Shown one piece after another: positions 40,004 through 57,717 of a stretch of 64,000 nt of DNA. The notes under the pieces are model-generated. The model saw only the letters and a program-made list of their open reading frames with translations, did no database searches and was not told where the DNA came from. This DNA comes from Escherichia coli. GTDB taxonomy: Bacteria > Pseudomonadota > Gammaproteobacteria > Enterobacterales > Enterobacteriaceae. Positions within the stretch are counted from its first letter, which is position 1. Each line of letters starts with the position of its first letter. The translations under genes and the position numbers were made by a program. The stretch lies in NCBI RefSeq assembly GCF_003334335.1, contig NZ_QOWQ01000018.1; one strand, written 5' to 3'.

Positions 40004-40579
40004 ATGAAAAAAAGCCTGCTTGGTTTAACCTTCGCGTCCCTGATGTTCTCTGCCGGTTCAGCGGTTGCCGCCGATTACAAAATTGACAAAGAAGGTCAGC
40101 ACGCCTTTGTTAATTTCCGCATCCAGCACCTTGGCTATAGCTGGTTATACGGCACCTTTAAAGATTTCGACGGTACTTTTACCTTTGACGAAAAAAATCC
40201 GGCTGCCGATAAAGTGAATGTGACAATTAACACCACCAGCGTCGATACTAATCACGCCGAACGCGATAAACATCTTCGCAGTGCAGATTTCCTCAATACC
40301 GCAAAATATCCACAGGCAACATTCACCTCCACCAGCGTGAAGAAAGACGGTGACGAACTGGATATTACCGGCGATCTGACGCTGAATGGCGTAACCAAAC
40401 CCGTCACGCTGGAAGCGAAATTAATTGGTCAGGGCGACGACCCATGGGGTGGTAAACGTGCAGGCTTCGAGGCCGAAGGCAAAATTAAGCTCAAGGACTT
40501 CAATATCAAGACAGATTTAGGTCCAGCTTCTCAGGAAGTGGATCTGATTATTTCAGTGGAAGGCGTACAGCAGAAGTAA
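40004..40579 (+). CDS. yceI: Periplasmic polyisoprenoid-binding protein YceI
   Basis: 191 aa with signal peptide; 4-nt after yceJ. Confidence 0.92.
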
Positions 40580-40591
40580 GCGTGAAATGTT

Positions 40592-40612
40592 GCCGGATGG
40601 CACGCATCCGGC
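40592..40612. terminator. REP-like hairpin / bidirectional terminator between convergent yceI and yceA
   Basis: gccggatg-gcacg-catccggc perfect stem-loop. Confidence 0.5.
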
Positions 40613-40620
40613 AATGATAT

Positions 40621-41673
40621 TTATTCTGTTGGATCAGGAATGCACAGTGTTGTATTCAGACGTCCACGAGACTTATTAAAGATCTTATTGCCATTTTCAC
40701 GTCCTGCCCGACGGCGTCGCTGTTCTTCTGGCGGTAACGCGCTTTCTTCGCAGCAAATCTCACTACAACAACCTTTGTATTTTTCCGCGCATACTGGACA
40801 CTGAATAAACAGCAGGTGGCAGCCATCATTTTTACAGTTGGTATGGCTGTCGCACGGCGCGCCGCACTGGTGGCAATGCGCGATAATCTCATCCGATATA
40901 CGTTCGCCCATCCGCTCGTCAAAAACAAAATTTTTGCCAATAAAACGCACCGGCAAGCCCTGCTCGCGCGCCTTACGGGCGTATTCAATAATTCCGCCCT
41001 CGATATGCCAGACTTTGTTGAATCCGTTATGTTTCATCCAGGCACTGGCCTTTTCACAACGAATGCCGCCGGTGCAGTACATGACGATTTTTTTATCTTT
41101 ATGTGCCTGCATCATCTCGACTGCTTTTGGCAGCTGCTCACGGAAGGTATCTGCCGGAATTTCGAGCGCGTTTTCAAAGTGCCCCACTTCATACTCATAG
41201 TGGTTACGCATGTCGATAAATAGTGCATCGGGATCGTCAAGCATGGCGTTCACTTCCGCCGCTTGCAGATACTCACCAACATTGCTGGCATCAAAGTGAG
41301 GATCGTCAATACCGTCGGCAACAATGCGATCGCGTACCTTCATGCGCAGTACCCAGAAGGATTTCCCGTCATCATCCAACGCGATATTCAGGCGTAAACC
41401 CTCTAAAGCCGGGTCGAAGGCATAGAGCTGCGCGCGAAATGTTTCAACATTGCTCGCAGGTACGCTGATTTGCGCGTTAATGCCCTCATGCGCCAGATAC
41501 ACTCGCCCAAAAACATTCAGCGCGGTAAACAGCTGATATAAAGCGTCACGGGTCGCCTTAGGATCGGCGATGTGGAAATACTTGTAAAACGAAATGGTGG
41601 TTCGCGGTTCGCTCTCAGCCAACATTTTGGCTTTTAGCGCGTCGTTGGAAATGCGGTTGTGTAACACTGGCAT
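40621..41673 (-). CDS. trhO: Rhodanese-domain tRNA U34 hydroxylase TrhO (YceA)
   Basis: ORF 40621..41727; start at ATG 41673 ([32 protein letters not shown]..., 350 aa); Cys-rich C-terminus. Confidence 0.9.
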
Positions 41674-41897
41674 GGTGTACGGTTCCTGCGAGATGGGAAA
41701 GTAAAAATCCGCGGCATGATATAGCAATTATCGATAATTAACATCCACACATTTTACGCTACATTTGCGCATTAAAAATTATTTGTTATTTACAAGCGCG
41801 GCAATTTCGCCCAGTCTTCAGCCACAAATTTTGGTTGCGGGCGAAAAAATGCGACAATACATACAATTGCCCGAATAGGTTGAAAAACAGGATTGAT

Positions 41898-42818
41898 ATG
41901 ACGAATCTACCCAAGTTCTCCACCGCACTGCTTCATCCGCGTTATTGGTTAACCTGGTTGGGTATTGGCGTACTTTGGTTAGTCGTGCAATTGCCCTACC
42001 CGGTTATCTACCGCCTCGGTTGTGGATTAGGAAAACTGGCGTTACGTTTTATGAAACGACGCGCAAAAATTGTGCATCGCAACCTGGAACTGTGCTTCCC
42101 GGAAATGAGCGAACAAGAACGCCGTAAAATGGTGGTGAAGAATTTCGAATCCGTTGGCATGGGCCTGATGGAAACCGGCATGGCGTGGTTCTGGCCGGAC
42201 CGCCGAATCGCCCGCTGGACGGAAGTGATCGGCATGGAACACATTCGTGACGTGCAGGCGCAAAAACGCGGCATCCTGTTAGTTGGCATCCATTTTCTGA
42301 CACTGGAGCTGGGTGCGCGGCAGTTTGGTATGCAGGAACCGGGTATTGGCGTTTATCGCCCGAACGATAATCCACTGATTGACTGGCTACAAACCTGGGG
42401 CCGTTTGCGCTCAAATAAATCGATGCTCGACCGCAAAGATTTAAAAGGCATGATTAAAGCCCTGAAAAAAGGCGAAGTGGTCTGGTACGCACCGGATCAT
42501 GATTACGGCCCGCGCTCAAGCGTTTTCGTCCCGTTGTTTGCCGTTGAGCAGGCTGCGACCACGACCGGAACCTGGATGCTGGCACGGATGTCCGGCGCAT
42601 GTCTGGTGCCCTTCGTTCCACGCCGTAAGCCAGATGGCAAAGGGTATCAATTGATTATGCTGCCGCCAGAGTGTTCTCCGCCACTGGATGATGCCGAAAC
42701 TACCGCCGCGTGGATGAACAAAGTGGTCGAAAAATGCATCATGATGGCACCAGAGCAGTATATGTGGTTACACCGTCGCTTTAAAACACGCCCGGAAGGC
42801 GTTCCTTCACGCTATTAA
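41898..42818 (+). CDS. lpxL: Lipid A biosynthesis lauroyltransferase (HtrB)
   Basis: ORF 41835..42818; start at ATG 41898 ([24 protein letters not shown]..., 306 aa). Confidence 0.94.
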
Positions 42819-42825
42819 ATCTCCC

Positions 42826-42856
42826 ATGCCGGATGCTTCAGAATGGCATCCGGCAT
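42826..42856. terminator. REP-like hairpin / terminator after lpxL
   Basis: atgccggatgc-ttcagaatg-gcatccggcat stem-loop 8 nt after the lpxL stop. Confidence 0.5.
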
Positions 42857-42989
42857 TACCACAGCAAATCCCCCTGATTTAGCGATAAAAGCTCTCTGGA
42901 TTGCGCCCCCTGGAAGTCGGGCGCATAATTAGTGTGCTTATCTTTTCTTCTTATGTTCACCGCGCCTGGCGCACCAACAGCGGATTGCT

Positions 42990-44216
42990 ATGTCACCCTG
43001 TGAAAATGACACCCCTATAAACTGGAAACGAAACCTGATCGTCGCCTGGCTAGGCTGTTTTCTTACCGGTGCCGCCTTCAGTCTGGTAATGCCCTTCTTA
43101 CCCCTCTACGTTGAGCAGCTTGGCGTTACCGGTCACTCCGCCCTGAATATGTGGTCCGGTATTGTCTTCAGCATTACATTTTTATTTTCGGCCATCGCCT
43201 CACCGTTTTGGGGTGGACTCGCCGACCGTAAAGGCCGAAAACTCATGCTATTACGCTCTGCCCTCGGCATGGGCATCGTGATGGTGTTGATGGGGCTGGC
43301 ACAAAATATCTGGCAGTTTTTGATCCTGCGGGCGCTTCTTGGGTTACTTGGCGGATTTGTCCCCAACGCTAATGCTCTTATCGCCACACAAGTACCGCGT
43401 AATAAAAGCGGCTGGGCGCTGGGTACGCTCTCCACAGGCGGCGTTAGTGGTGCGTTGCTCGGCCCAATGGCTGGCGGCCTGCTCGCCGATAGCTACGGCT
43501 TACGTCCGGTATTCTTTATTACCGCCAGTGTGCTCATACTCTGCTTTTTCGTCACCCTGTTTTGCATCAGAGAAAAATTCCAGCCGGTCAGCAAAAAAGA
43601 GATGCTGCACATGCGGGAAGTGGTGACATCACTTAAAAACCCGAAACTGGTACTCAGCCTGTTTGTCACTACGTTAATCATCCAGGTGGCGACGGGCTCA
43701 ATTGCCCCCATTCTGACGCTGTATGTCCGCGAACTGGCGGGTAACGTCAGTAACGTCGCCTTTATCAGTGGCATGATCGCCTCGGTGCCAGGCGTGGCGG
43801 CTCTGCTAAGTGCACCACGACTCGGCAAACTTGGCGATCGAATCGGACCCGAAAAGATCCTGATTACAGCGCTGATCTTTTCTGTACTGCTGTTGATCCC
43901 AATGTCTTACGTTCAGACGCCATTGCAACTTGGGATTTTACGTTTTTTGCTCGGTGCCGCCGATGGTGCACTACTCCCCGCCGTACAGACACTGTTGGTT
44001 TACAACTCGAGCAACCAGATCGCCGGGCGTATCTTCAGCTATAACCAATCGTTTCGTGATATTGGCAACGTTACCGGACCATTGATGGGAGCAGCGATTT
44101 CAGCGAACTACGGTTTCAGAGCGGTATTTCTCGTCACCGCTGGCGTAGTGTTATTCAACGCAGTCTATTCATGGAACAGTCTACGTCGTCGTCGAATACC
44201 CCAGGTATCGAACTGA
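42990..44216 (+). CDS. mdtG: MFS multidrug efflux transporter
   Basis: 408 aa [30 protein letters not shown]...; matches MdtG. Confidence 0.94.
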
Positions 44217-44298
44217 TTTTTCGCCTTTCATACTTGCAAAAGCGGAGAATCAGCTATCCTTTTCCCTGAAACCTCATCAACTCAAAGGGAGAATCGTG

Positions 44299-44673
44299 AT
44301 GACCATGTACGCAACGCTTGAAGAAGCCATTGACGCTGCACGCGAAGAATTTCTTGCAGACAACCCCGGCATCGACGCCGAAGATGCGAATGTGCAACAG
44401 TTCAATGCCCAAAAATACGTTTTGCAGGACGGCGACATCATGTGGCAAGTTGAGTTTTTTGCCGACGAAGGGGAAGAAGGTGAATGTTTACCTATGCTTA
44501 GCGGTGAAGCCGCGCAAAGTGTTTTTGATGGCGACTATGATGAGATAGAGATACGCCAGGAGTGGCAGGAAGAGAATACATTACATGAATGGGACGAGGG
44601 GGAATTTCAGCTTGAGCCACCGCTGGATACCGAGGAAGGACGCGCAGCAGCTGATGAGTGGGATGAACGTTAA
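44299..44673 (+). CDS. msyB: Acidic protein MsyB
   Basis: ORF begins at GTG 44296 but ATG at 44299 gives MTMYATLEEAIDAAREEFLADNPG... (124 aa), highly acidic. Confidence 0.93.
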   Translation: MTMYATLEEAIDAAREEFLADNPGIDAEDANVQQFNAQKYVLQDGDIMWQVEFFADEGEEGECLPMLSGEAAQSVFDGDYDEIEIRQEWQEENTLHEWDEGEFQLEPPLDTEEGRAAADEWDER

Positions 44674-44901
44674 TCACTCATACGGGCCATGATGAATGTC
44701 GATCGGCAGCAGTAAAGTATCAAAAACCAGAGAGAATGGCAGATCAAGGATCGTGACATAACGCCAGGCGGAGTCACGCACATCCCATTGCACACCGGGA
44801 TAATATTGGTTGCCATGCCCCTGCCCCGGTATAGTGCGACTAATAATGCTGCCACAGCCACTCAGCAAGGTCACCATGATGCTCACCACAATTAAACGCA
44901 T
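44674..44901 (-). CDS. yceK: Lipoprotein YceK
   Basis: 75 aa MRLIVVSIMVTLLSGC lipobox; matches YceK. Confidence 0.9.
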   Translation of the reverse strand: MRLIVVSIMVTLLSGCGSIISRTIPGQGHGNQYYPGVQWDVRDSAWRYVTILDLPFSLVFDTLLLPIDIHHGPYE

Positions 44902-44916
44902 TTGATACCTCTTTCG

Positions 44917-44949
44917 TAAAAAAATACCGGCATAACGCCGGTATTTTTA
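44917..44949. terminator. Bidirectional rho-independent terminator (distal end of opgGH operon)
   Basis: A-run, hairpin ataccggc-ataac-gccggtat, T-run; reads as a terminator on either strand. Confidence 0.6.
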
Positions 44950-44964
44950 TTGGCTCGTTGTTTT

Positions 44965-45066
44965 TGCCGGATGCGGCGTGAACGCCTTATCCGACCCACA
45001 AAGTCTTGCAAAATCAATAAATTGCAGGAACGATGTAGGCCTGATAAGCGTAGCGCATCAGGCAAC
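44965..45066. repeat. BIME: two REP palindromic units
   Basis: tgccggatgcggcgtgaacgccttatccgacccaca and gtaggcctgataagcgtagcgcatcaggcaac, immediately downstream of the opgH stop. Confidence 0.8.
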
Positions 45067-45073
45067 TACGTTT

Positions 45074-49256
<4,183 letters not shown>

Positions 49257-49538
49257 TCAGCACGCTGGCTCATGGATTAAGCACCTGATTGCAACCGTTT
49301 TCACTTTCCGTGCTTCTCCTAAAGACAGAAGCATCGACTTCGTGTAGGGTTTGCCAGCAAATTTATTTATCAACCGTCTTACAGACGCTTCCATTCTGGT
49401 TAGTGGTAGCGATGATGCTATGCATAAAAACCTTGAAGCCTGCGCCTGGCGCGGTCAGGTCGGTGTCACTATGGCAACAAGCCTAAAGGCATAACCCGAC
49501 AGGGATAAGACGAAAAATCCGAGATTAGTTAACCATAT

Positions 49539-50696
49539 ATGAACCCAGTACCCGCGCAACGTGAATATTTCCTCGACTCCATCCGCGCCTGGCTGATGTT
49601 GTTAGGGATACCTTTTCATATTTCTTTAATCTATTCGAGCCATACATGGCATGTGAATAGCGCCGAATCATCATTGTGGCTGACCCTTTTTAATGACTTC
49701 ATCCACTCGTTCCGCATGCAGGTATTTTTCGTTATATCCGGCTACTTTTCCTACATGCTTTTTTTACGCTATCCCTTGAAAAAATGGTGGAAAGTACGTG
49801 TCGAACGTGTAGGTATCCCGATGTTAACAGCCATCCCCCTACTGACATTACCGCAATTTATTATGCTGCAATATGTCAAAGGAAAAGCGGAAAGTTGGCC
49901 TGGGCTGTCATTGTATGACAAATATAATACGTTGGCCTGGGAATTAATATCACACCTGTGGTTTTTACTGGTGTTAGTGGTCATGACGACGCTGTGCGTA
50001 TGGATATTTAAGCGCATCAGAAATAATTTAGAAAATTCTGATAAAACGAATAAAAAATTCTCGATGGTAAAACTATCGGTGATTTTTTTATGCCTCGGCA
50101 TCGGTTATGCGGTAATAAGAAGAACGATTTTTATTGTGTATCCGCCCATTCTGAGTAATGGCATGTTCAATTTTATTGTCATGCAAACGCTGTTTTATTT
50201 GCCGTTCTTTATCCTCGGCGCACTGGCTTTCATTTTCCCTCATCTTAAAGCCTTGTTTACCACGCCGTCTCGTGGCTGTACCCTTGCAGCAGCATTGGCG
50301 TTTGTCGCTTATTTACTCAACCAGCGCTATGGCAGTGGCGATGCCTGGATGTACGAAACCGAGTCGGTGATCACCATGGTCCTCGGTCTGTGGATGGTGA
50401 ATGTGGTCTTCTCCTTTGGCCACCGTTTGCTTAACTTCCAGTCAGCGCGGGTGACTTATTTTGTTAACGCATCGCTGTTTATCTATCTGGTTCACCACCC
50501 GTTAACGCTGTTTTTCGGCGCATACATTACACCGCACATCACCTCCAACTGGCTTGGTTTTCTCTGTGGCCTGATATTTGTAGTAGGGATTGCGATAATT
50601 CTGTATGAAATTCATTTGCGCATCCCGTTACTGAAGTTTTTGTTCTCTGGTAAACCGGTTGTTAAGCGTGAGAACGATAAAGCACCAGCCCGTTAA
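49539..50696 (+). CDS. opgC: OPG succinyltransferase (MdoC), membrane acyltransferase
   Basis: 385 aa polytopic acyltransferase-3 family; divergent from opgG. Confidence 0.92.
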   Translation: MNPVPAQREYFLDSIRAWLMLLGIPFHISLIYSSHTWHVNSAESSLWLTLFNDFIHSFRMQVFFVISGYFSYMLFLRYPLKKWWKVRVERVGIPMLTAIPLLTLPQFIMLQYVKGKAESWPGLSLYDKYNTLAWELISHLWFLLVLVVMTTLCVWIFKRIRNNLENSDKTNKKFSMVKLSVIFLCLGIGYAVIRRTIFIVYPPILSNGMFNFIVMQTLFYLPFFILGALAFIFPHLKALFTTPSRGCTLAAALAFVAYLLNQRYGSGDAWMYETESVITMVLGLWMVNVVFSFGHRLLNFQSARVTYFVNASLFIYLVHHPLTLFFGAYITPHITSNWLGFLCGLIFVVGIAIILYEIHLRIPLLKFLFSGKPVVKRENDKAPAR

Positions 50697-50703
50697 GCCA
50701 CAT

Positions 50704-52134
50704 TTACAATAACCATTCCACGGGCAATATCGACGCCAGTCTGACCATAACCCGCTTCCAGAAACTGGTGGCGGGTTCTTTTTTGAGAATAATCTCTTTC
50801 TTTGCATGACGATCAACCCAGTTGATCCGTCCCCACCTGTCCAGACGGAGCTGCCAGGCCGCATCATACTGGCTCTGAATAAAGCGTTTATCAATTAACT
50901 GTGCCAGCGTTTCGCTCTCTATCACGAAGCCCATTTCAGTATTGAGCAATGTTGAACGCGGATCGAAATTGAAAGAGCCGATAAACACCGTTTTACCATC
51001 GATGCTAAAGGTTTTAGCATGCAGGCTGGCTCCGGAATTACCGGTTATGCCGCGATCGTGTAACGTACTACTTTGTTCACGCGTCGGCTTGAGTTCATAT
51101 AATTCCACGCCATAGCGGAGCAATTTTTTGCGCCAGCGCGCGTATCCGGCATGGACGACAGCAACATCGTTAGCGGCAAGAGAATTGGTTAGGATCGCAA
51201 TCTTTACCCCTTTTCTCACCATCCGTAAGAGTTGCGCCACACCTGCGCGTGTCGGTACAAAATAGGAAGAGATAATATCGATGCGTTCACTGGGTGAGCC
51301 CATGATATCGAACAGGCGCTGCGGTAACAGTGAATGCCGTTTTGCCTTGCCCTCCCCTTTCGCCGGATCATCACTTAATAAACGTGTCTTCGCCCAGATA
51401 AGCGGCAATGTTCCATCAACCAGATGATTTATAAATGGACTGGATTCCATTTTGCGTAAATAACGATGCGTCATGGCATCGTTATGCCAGGAGGCGGGTA
51501 ACTCGATGCGATCCGCCATTTCACCCTCCGGGACATCCAGCACCTGCTGTAAGGGTGAAACCGATTTGCAATACCAGTAGCGGGCGAAATCATCGGCAAC
51601 GTCCTCTACCACGGGTCCTATTGCCATGACATCTAAATCCGAAAAAAGTGGCTCCTCCCCTGCTCCAAAATAGGCATCACCAATATTTCGTCCTCCCACC
51701 AGGGTCACCACGCCATCGACAGTGAAACTTTTATTGTGCATACGGCGATTAAGACGGGAAAAGTCGGTGATATAACCAAGCGGACGCAGCAAGCGAAACG
51801 AGAAAGGATTAAAAAGCCGGACTTCAATGCGTGGATGACTGTCAAGCAAGCGTAAAATGTCGTCAAGTCCGGGCGTATTGTTGTCGTCCAGCAACAAACG
51901 GACGCGAACGCCACGCTTTGCTGCGGCTAACAGGGCGGAAAACAGTAACCGACCCGACATATCGTCCTGCCAGATGTAATACTGAACATCGAGCGTATGC
52001 TCTGCCATTTCGGCCAGACGATACCGGGCGGCAAACGCATCCAGACTTTTCTCCAGAGGAAAAAGGCCACACTGACCGGGATGTTGCGAACACAGTGGCA
52101 GCACCGCGCTCGCCAGCCGGGGCAAATCATTCAT
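50704..52134 (-). CDS. clsC: Cardiolipin synthase C (YmdC), phospholipase D family
   Basis: ORF 50704..52194 with two HxK(x)4D motifs ([18 protein letters not shown]); start placed at ATG 52134, overlapping ymdB stop. Exact start uncertain. Confidence 0.88.
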   Translation of the reverse strand: MNDLPRLASAVLPLCSQHPGQCGLFPLEKSLDAFAARYRLAEMAEHTLDVQYYIWQDDMSGRLLFSALLAAAKRGVRVRLLLDDNNTPGLDDILRLLDSHPRIEVRLFNPFSFRLLRPLGYITDFSRLNRRMHNKSFTVDGVVTLVGGRNIGDAYFGAGEEPLFSDLDVMAIGPVVEDVADDFARYWYCKSVSPLQQVLDVPEGEMADRIELPASWHNDAMTHRYLRKMESSPFINHLVDGTLPLIWAKTRLLSDDPAKGEGKAKRHSLLPQRLFDIMGSPSERIDIISSYFVPTRAGVAQLLRMVRKGVKIAILTNSLAANDVAVVHAGYARWRKKLLRYGVELYELKPTREQSSTLHDRGITGNSGASLHAKTFSIDGKTVFIGSFNFDPRSTLLNTEMGFVIESETLAQLIDKRFIQSQYDAAWQLRLDRWGRINWVDRHAKKEIILKKEPATSFWKRVMVRLASILPVEWLL

Positions 52135-52660
52135 CTCCTTGTTGGGTAAGGAGTCTTTCGTAGAGGTGGGCGTTTTCTTCATCATAACAGACAAAGTATA
52201 CCTGTTCGGGTAAAGCGTGACGGGTAATAAATTCTGAAACGGTTTTTACTGCGATTTCAGCCGCTGCCGCACGAGGGTAACCATAAACCCCAGTACTGAT
52301 TGCAGGAAAAGCCACTGACGTATAGCTGTTTGCCGCCACCAGTCGTAGGCTATTGAGATAGGCATCCTGCAAAAGCTGGTCTTCGTTTTGTTCACCACCA
52401 CGCCAGACTGGCCCGACGGTGTGCACTACGGCTTTAGCGGGAAGATCGCCTGCAAGCGTAATAACGGCATGCCCCGTAGGGCAATCGCCCTGCTGTTGCC
52501 TGACTTTTAAACAAGCATCCAGCAGGGCCGGACCCGCTGCGCGATGAATGGCCCCATCGACGCCGCCGCCTCCCATTAATGACGGATTAGCCGCATTCAC
52601 AATCACATCAACGGCCAGTTTGGTAATATCACCCTGCACAACATGAATACGCGTTTTCAT
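52127..52660 (-). CDS. ymdB: Macrodomain O-acetyl-ADP-ribose deacetylase
   Basis: 177 aa [43 protein letters not shown], macro domain. Confidence 0.95.
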
Positions 52661-52754
52661 AACGCCTCCTTACACCTTCTTGTTTCTTAAGTGTACAGCA
52701 GGCTTTTTGGTTAAATCGCATTTTTCTGCTCAGCAACGTGAGTTGTTCAGAAAC

Positions 52755-53519
<765 letters not shown>

Positions 53520-53577
53520 ATTCTTCTCCCGAAAAAAAACAGGGCTTGCGCCCTGTTTCTGTAATACAAATGATGTA

Positions 53578-54033
53578 TTAGTACTGATGAGCGGTCGCGT
53601 TGTTACCAAAGCCAACCTGAGTCACGTTGACGGAGGAGTTAGATGCAGTCTGGTCAACTGCAGCACCGTTGCCACCACCGAACTGTTTAACCGTCATTTC
53701 AGAATTTTTGCCGTTCCACTGATCAAGAGTAGCGCTGTTACCGAAGCCACGTTGGGTCAGATCGATTGAGCTGTCATCTGAGCCCTGACCAACATCTGCA
53801 CCATTACCGCCGCCATGCTGGGTAATAGTCAAGTCAGAGTTACGGGCATCAGTTTGCAGAGCAAGTGCAGAGTTACCGCCACCGTACTGGTAAATGTTCA
53901 GCTCAGAATTTGGGCCGCTATTATTACCGCCACCACCGTGGTTACCGCCGCCGCCGTACTGAGGAACAACACCTGCCAGAGCGCTACCGGAGAATACGAT
54001 TGCTGCAATTGCTGCTACTTTTAAAAGTTTCAT
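53578..54033 (-). CDS. csgA: Major curlin subunit
   Basis: 151 aa with signal peptide and Q/N/G-rich imperfect repeats; matches CsgA. Confidence 0.97.
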   Translation of the reverse strand: MKLLKVAAIAAIVFSGSALAGVVPQYGGGGNHGGGGNNSGPNSELNIYQYGGGNSALALQTDARNSDLTITQHGGGNGADVGQGSDDSSIDLTQRGFGNSATLDQWNGKNSEMTVKQFGGGNGAAVDQTASNSSVNVTQVGFGNNATAHQY

Positions 54034-54073
54034 GTAAAACCCCCATCGGATTGATTTAAAAGTCGAATGGAAA

Positions 54074-54529
54074 TTAACGTTGTGTCACGCGAATAGCCAT
54101 TTGCGACTGTCTCTGCACTACAATTGCCGTTTTTTGAGTACCATACTGTGTAATATTTGCTTTATTACCAGAACCTTTCTGGATAATCATCGCAGTATTA
54201 CCATAAGCACCTTGCGAAATACTGGCATCGTTGGCACTGCCCGCCTGATCAATATATGCAAGGTTATAATCTCCTGTCTGGTCAATCTTTGCCCGGTTGC
54301 TACTACCTTCTTGCGCAACAACCGCCAAAAGTTTTGAGCCTCCCTGCCGTAACTGAGCACTATTATTAGTCCCAGCTTGACCAATTATGGCTGCCTGATT
54401 AAATGAAGACTTACTCAATTCATTTACCGCGAAGTTATATTCTGAATTAGCTAAATCATAACCTGCTGCGGCTGCAATCCCAGGCGCACCCAGTATTGTT
54501 AACATCATAAATAACAATTTGTTTTTCAT
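54074..54529 (-). CDS. csgB: Minor curlin / nucleator
   Basis: ORF 54074..54556; start at ATG 54529 (MKNKLLFMMLTILGAPGIAAA..., 151 aa). Confidence 0.95.
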   Translation of the reverse strand: MKNKLLFMMLTILGAPGIAAAAGYDLANSEYNFAVNELSKSSFNQAAIIGQAGTNNSAQLRQGGSKLLAVVAQEGSSNRAKIDQTGDYNLAYIDQAGSANDASISQGAYGNTAMIIQKGSGNKANITQYGTQKTAIVVQRQSQMAIRVTQR

Positions 54530-55283
54530 GTTGTCACCCTGGACCTGGTCGTACATTTAAGAAATTAAATCATTTCAACTTGGTTGTTAACGCAACCTGT
54601 ATTTTGTTAACGCTGCGTTACGATGGAAAGTATGTCTGCGGAAATATTTTTAATAACTCACCCGCGCGTTGTATTTTTCTTTTTTAGTTCATACCAAAGT
54701 ATTAAAACCCACGTAAATACGCTGTTATCTACGCAAAAAAATATTTTGTTTTCTTTTAAATCTCCGTTTTCCGCTATCAAAAAGCACCAGACAGTCATTC
54801 TTCTTGCCCGTCGCTGATTGCTGCGATATGTCTTGCGCACAAGCCGTGACAAACCTCGTCTTTTTGCAGTAAAAAATTGTCCACGGAGGTGTGGAGAAAA
54901 AACAAGAACGTTTTACATGACGAAAGGACTACACCGAAATATTTTTTATATGCATTATTAGTAAGTTATCACCATTTGTATGATTTTTTAAAATTGTGCA
55001 ATAAAAACCAAATGTACAACTTTTCTATCATTTCTAAACTTAATAAAACCTTAAGGTTAACATTTTAATATAACGAGTTACATTTAGTTACATGTTTAAC
55101 ACTTGATTTAAGATTTGTAATGGCTAGATTGAAATCAGATGTAATCCATTAGTTTTATATTTTACCCATTTAGGGCTGATTTATTACTACACACAGCAGT
55201 GCAACATCTGTCAGTACTTCTGGTGCTTCTATTTTAGAGGCAGCTGTCAGGTGTGCGATCAATAAAAAAAGCGGGGTTTCATC
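54530..55283. promoter_or_regulatory. csgBAC / csgDEFG divergent intergenic control region
   Basis: 754-bp AT-rich non-coding interval between divergent csgB and csgD; in K-12 it holds both promoters, multiple regulator binding sites and the sRNA-targeted csgD leader. Sites not mapped here. Confidence 0.7.
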
Positions 55284-55934
<651 letters not shown>

Positions 55935-55938
55935 AGCC

Positions 55939-56328
55939 ATGAAACGTTATTTACGCTGGATTGTGGCGGCAGAATTTCTGTTCGCCGCAGGGAATCTTCA
56001 CGCCGTTGAGGTAGAAGTCCCGGGATTGCTAACTGACCATACTGTTTCATCTATTGGCCATGATTTTTACCGAGCCTTTAGTGATAAATGGGAAAGTGAC
56101 TATACGGGTAACTTAACGATTAATGAAAGGCCCAGTGCACGATGGGGAAGCTGGATCACTATAACGGTCAATCAGGACGTTATTTTCCAGACTTTTTTAT
56201 TTCCGTTGAAAAGAGACTTCGAGAAAACTGTCGTCTTTGCACTGATTCAAACTGAAGAAGCACTAAATCGTCGCCAGATAAATCAGGCGTTATTAAGTAC
56301 GGGCGATTTGGCGCATGATGAATTCTAA
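55939..56328 (+). CDS. csgE: Curli secretion specificity factor
   Basis: 129 aa with signal peptide; matches CsgE. Confidence 0.95.
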
Positions 56329-56352
56329 ATAAAAAATTGTTCGGAGGCTGCA

Positions 56353-56769
56353 ATGCGTGTCAAACATGCAGTAGTTCTACTCATGCTTATTTCGCCATTA
56401 AGTTGGGCTGGAACCATGACTTTCCAGTTCCGTAATCCAAACTTTGGTGGTAACCCAAATAATGGCGCTTTTTTATTAAATAGCGCTCAGGCCCAAAACT
56501 CTTATAAAGATCCGAGCTATAACGATGACTTTGGTATTGAAACACCCTCAGCGTTAGATAACTTTACTCAGGCCATCCAGTCACAAATTTTAGGTGGGCT
56601 ACTGTCGAATATTAATACCGGTAAACCGGGCCGCATGGTGACCAACGATTATATTGTCGATATTGCCAACCGCGATGGTCAATTGCAGTTGAACGTGACA
56701 GATCGTAAAACCGGACAAACCTCGACCATCCAGGTTTCGGGTTTACAAAATAACTCAACCGATTTTTAA
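56353..56769 (+). CDS. csgF: Curli assembly component
   Basis: 138 aa [33 protein letters not shown]...; matches CsgF. Confidence 0.95.
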
Positions 56770-56795
56770 GCCCCAGCTTCATAAGGAAAATAATC

Positions 56796-57629
56796 ATGCA
56801 GCGCTTATTTCTTTTGGTTGCCGTCATGTTACTGAGCGGATGCTTAACCGCCCCGCCTAAAGAAGCCGCCAGACCGACATTAATGCCTCGTGCTCAGAGC
56901 TACAAAGATTTGACCCATCTGCCAGCGCCGACGGGTAAAATCTTTGTTTCGGTATACAACATTCAGGACGAAACCGGGCAATTTAAACCCTACCCGGCAA
57001 GTAACTTCTCCACTGCTGTTCCGCAAAGCGCCACGGCAATGCTGGTCACGGCACTGAAAGATTCTCGCTGGTTTATACCGCTGGAGCGCCAGGGCTTACA
57101 AAACCTGCTTAACGAGCGCAAGATTATTCGTGCGGCACAAGAAAACGGCACGGTTGCCATTAATAACCGAATCCCGCTGCAATCTTTAACGGCGGCAAAT
57201 ATCATGGTTGAAGGTTCGATTATCGGTTATGAAAGCAACGTCAAATCTGGCGGGGTTGGGGCAAGATATTTTGGCATCGGTGCCGACACGCAATACCAGC
57301 TCGATCAGATTGCCGTGAACCTGCGCGTCGTCAATGTGAGTACCGGCGAGATCCTTTCTTCGGTGAACACCAGTAAGACGATACTTTCCTATGAAGTTCA
57401 GGCCGGGGTTTTCCGCTTTATTGACTACCAGCGCTTGCTTGAAGGGGAAGTGGGTTACACCTCGAACGAACCTGTTATGCTGTGCCTGATGTCGGCTATC
57501 GAAACAGGGGTCATTTTCCTGATTAATGATGGTATCGACCGTGGTCTGTGGGATTTGCAAAATAAAGCAGAACGGCAGAATGACATTCTGGTGAAATACC
57601 GCCATATGTCGGTTCCACCGGAATCCTGA
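56796..57629 (+). CDS. csgG: Curli secretion channel lipoprotein
   Basis: 277 aa MQRLFLLVAVMLLSGC lipobox; matches CsgG. Confidence 0.96.
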   Translation: MQRLFLLVAVMLLSGCLTAPPKEAARPTLMPRAQSYKDLTHLPAPTGKIFVSVYNIQDETGQFKPYPASNFSTAVPQSATAMLVTALKDSRWFIPLERQGLQNLLNERKIIRAAQENGTVAINNRIPLQSLTAANIMVEGSIIGYESNVKSGGVGARYFGIGADTQYQLDQIAVNLRVVNVSTGEILSSVNTSKTILSYEVQAGVFRFIDYQRLLEGEVGYTSNEPVMLCLMSAIETGVIFLINDGIDRGLWDLQNKAERQNDILVKYRHMSVPPES

Positions 57630-57644
57630 CAGATAAAAAAGCCG

Positions 57645-57717
57645 GAATTATCATCCGGCATTTTACTGTTTAAGCGAAAGCGTGAGTGCCCCTCACGCTT
57701 TATTTTTGATTTCCTGC
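57645..57717. terminator. Two hairpins forming convergent terminators for csgG (+) and ycdZ (-)
   Basis: A-run + gccgga...tccggc + T-run (57645..57674) and agcgtgag-tgcccc-tcacgct + T-run (57689..57717). Confidence 0.6.

Noticed and set aside
53578-54556. Internal imperfect repeats in csgA/csgB as a novel repeat element
   Set aside because: These are the known curlin repeat units encoded within the csgA and csgB coding sequences, not a DNA-level repeat.
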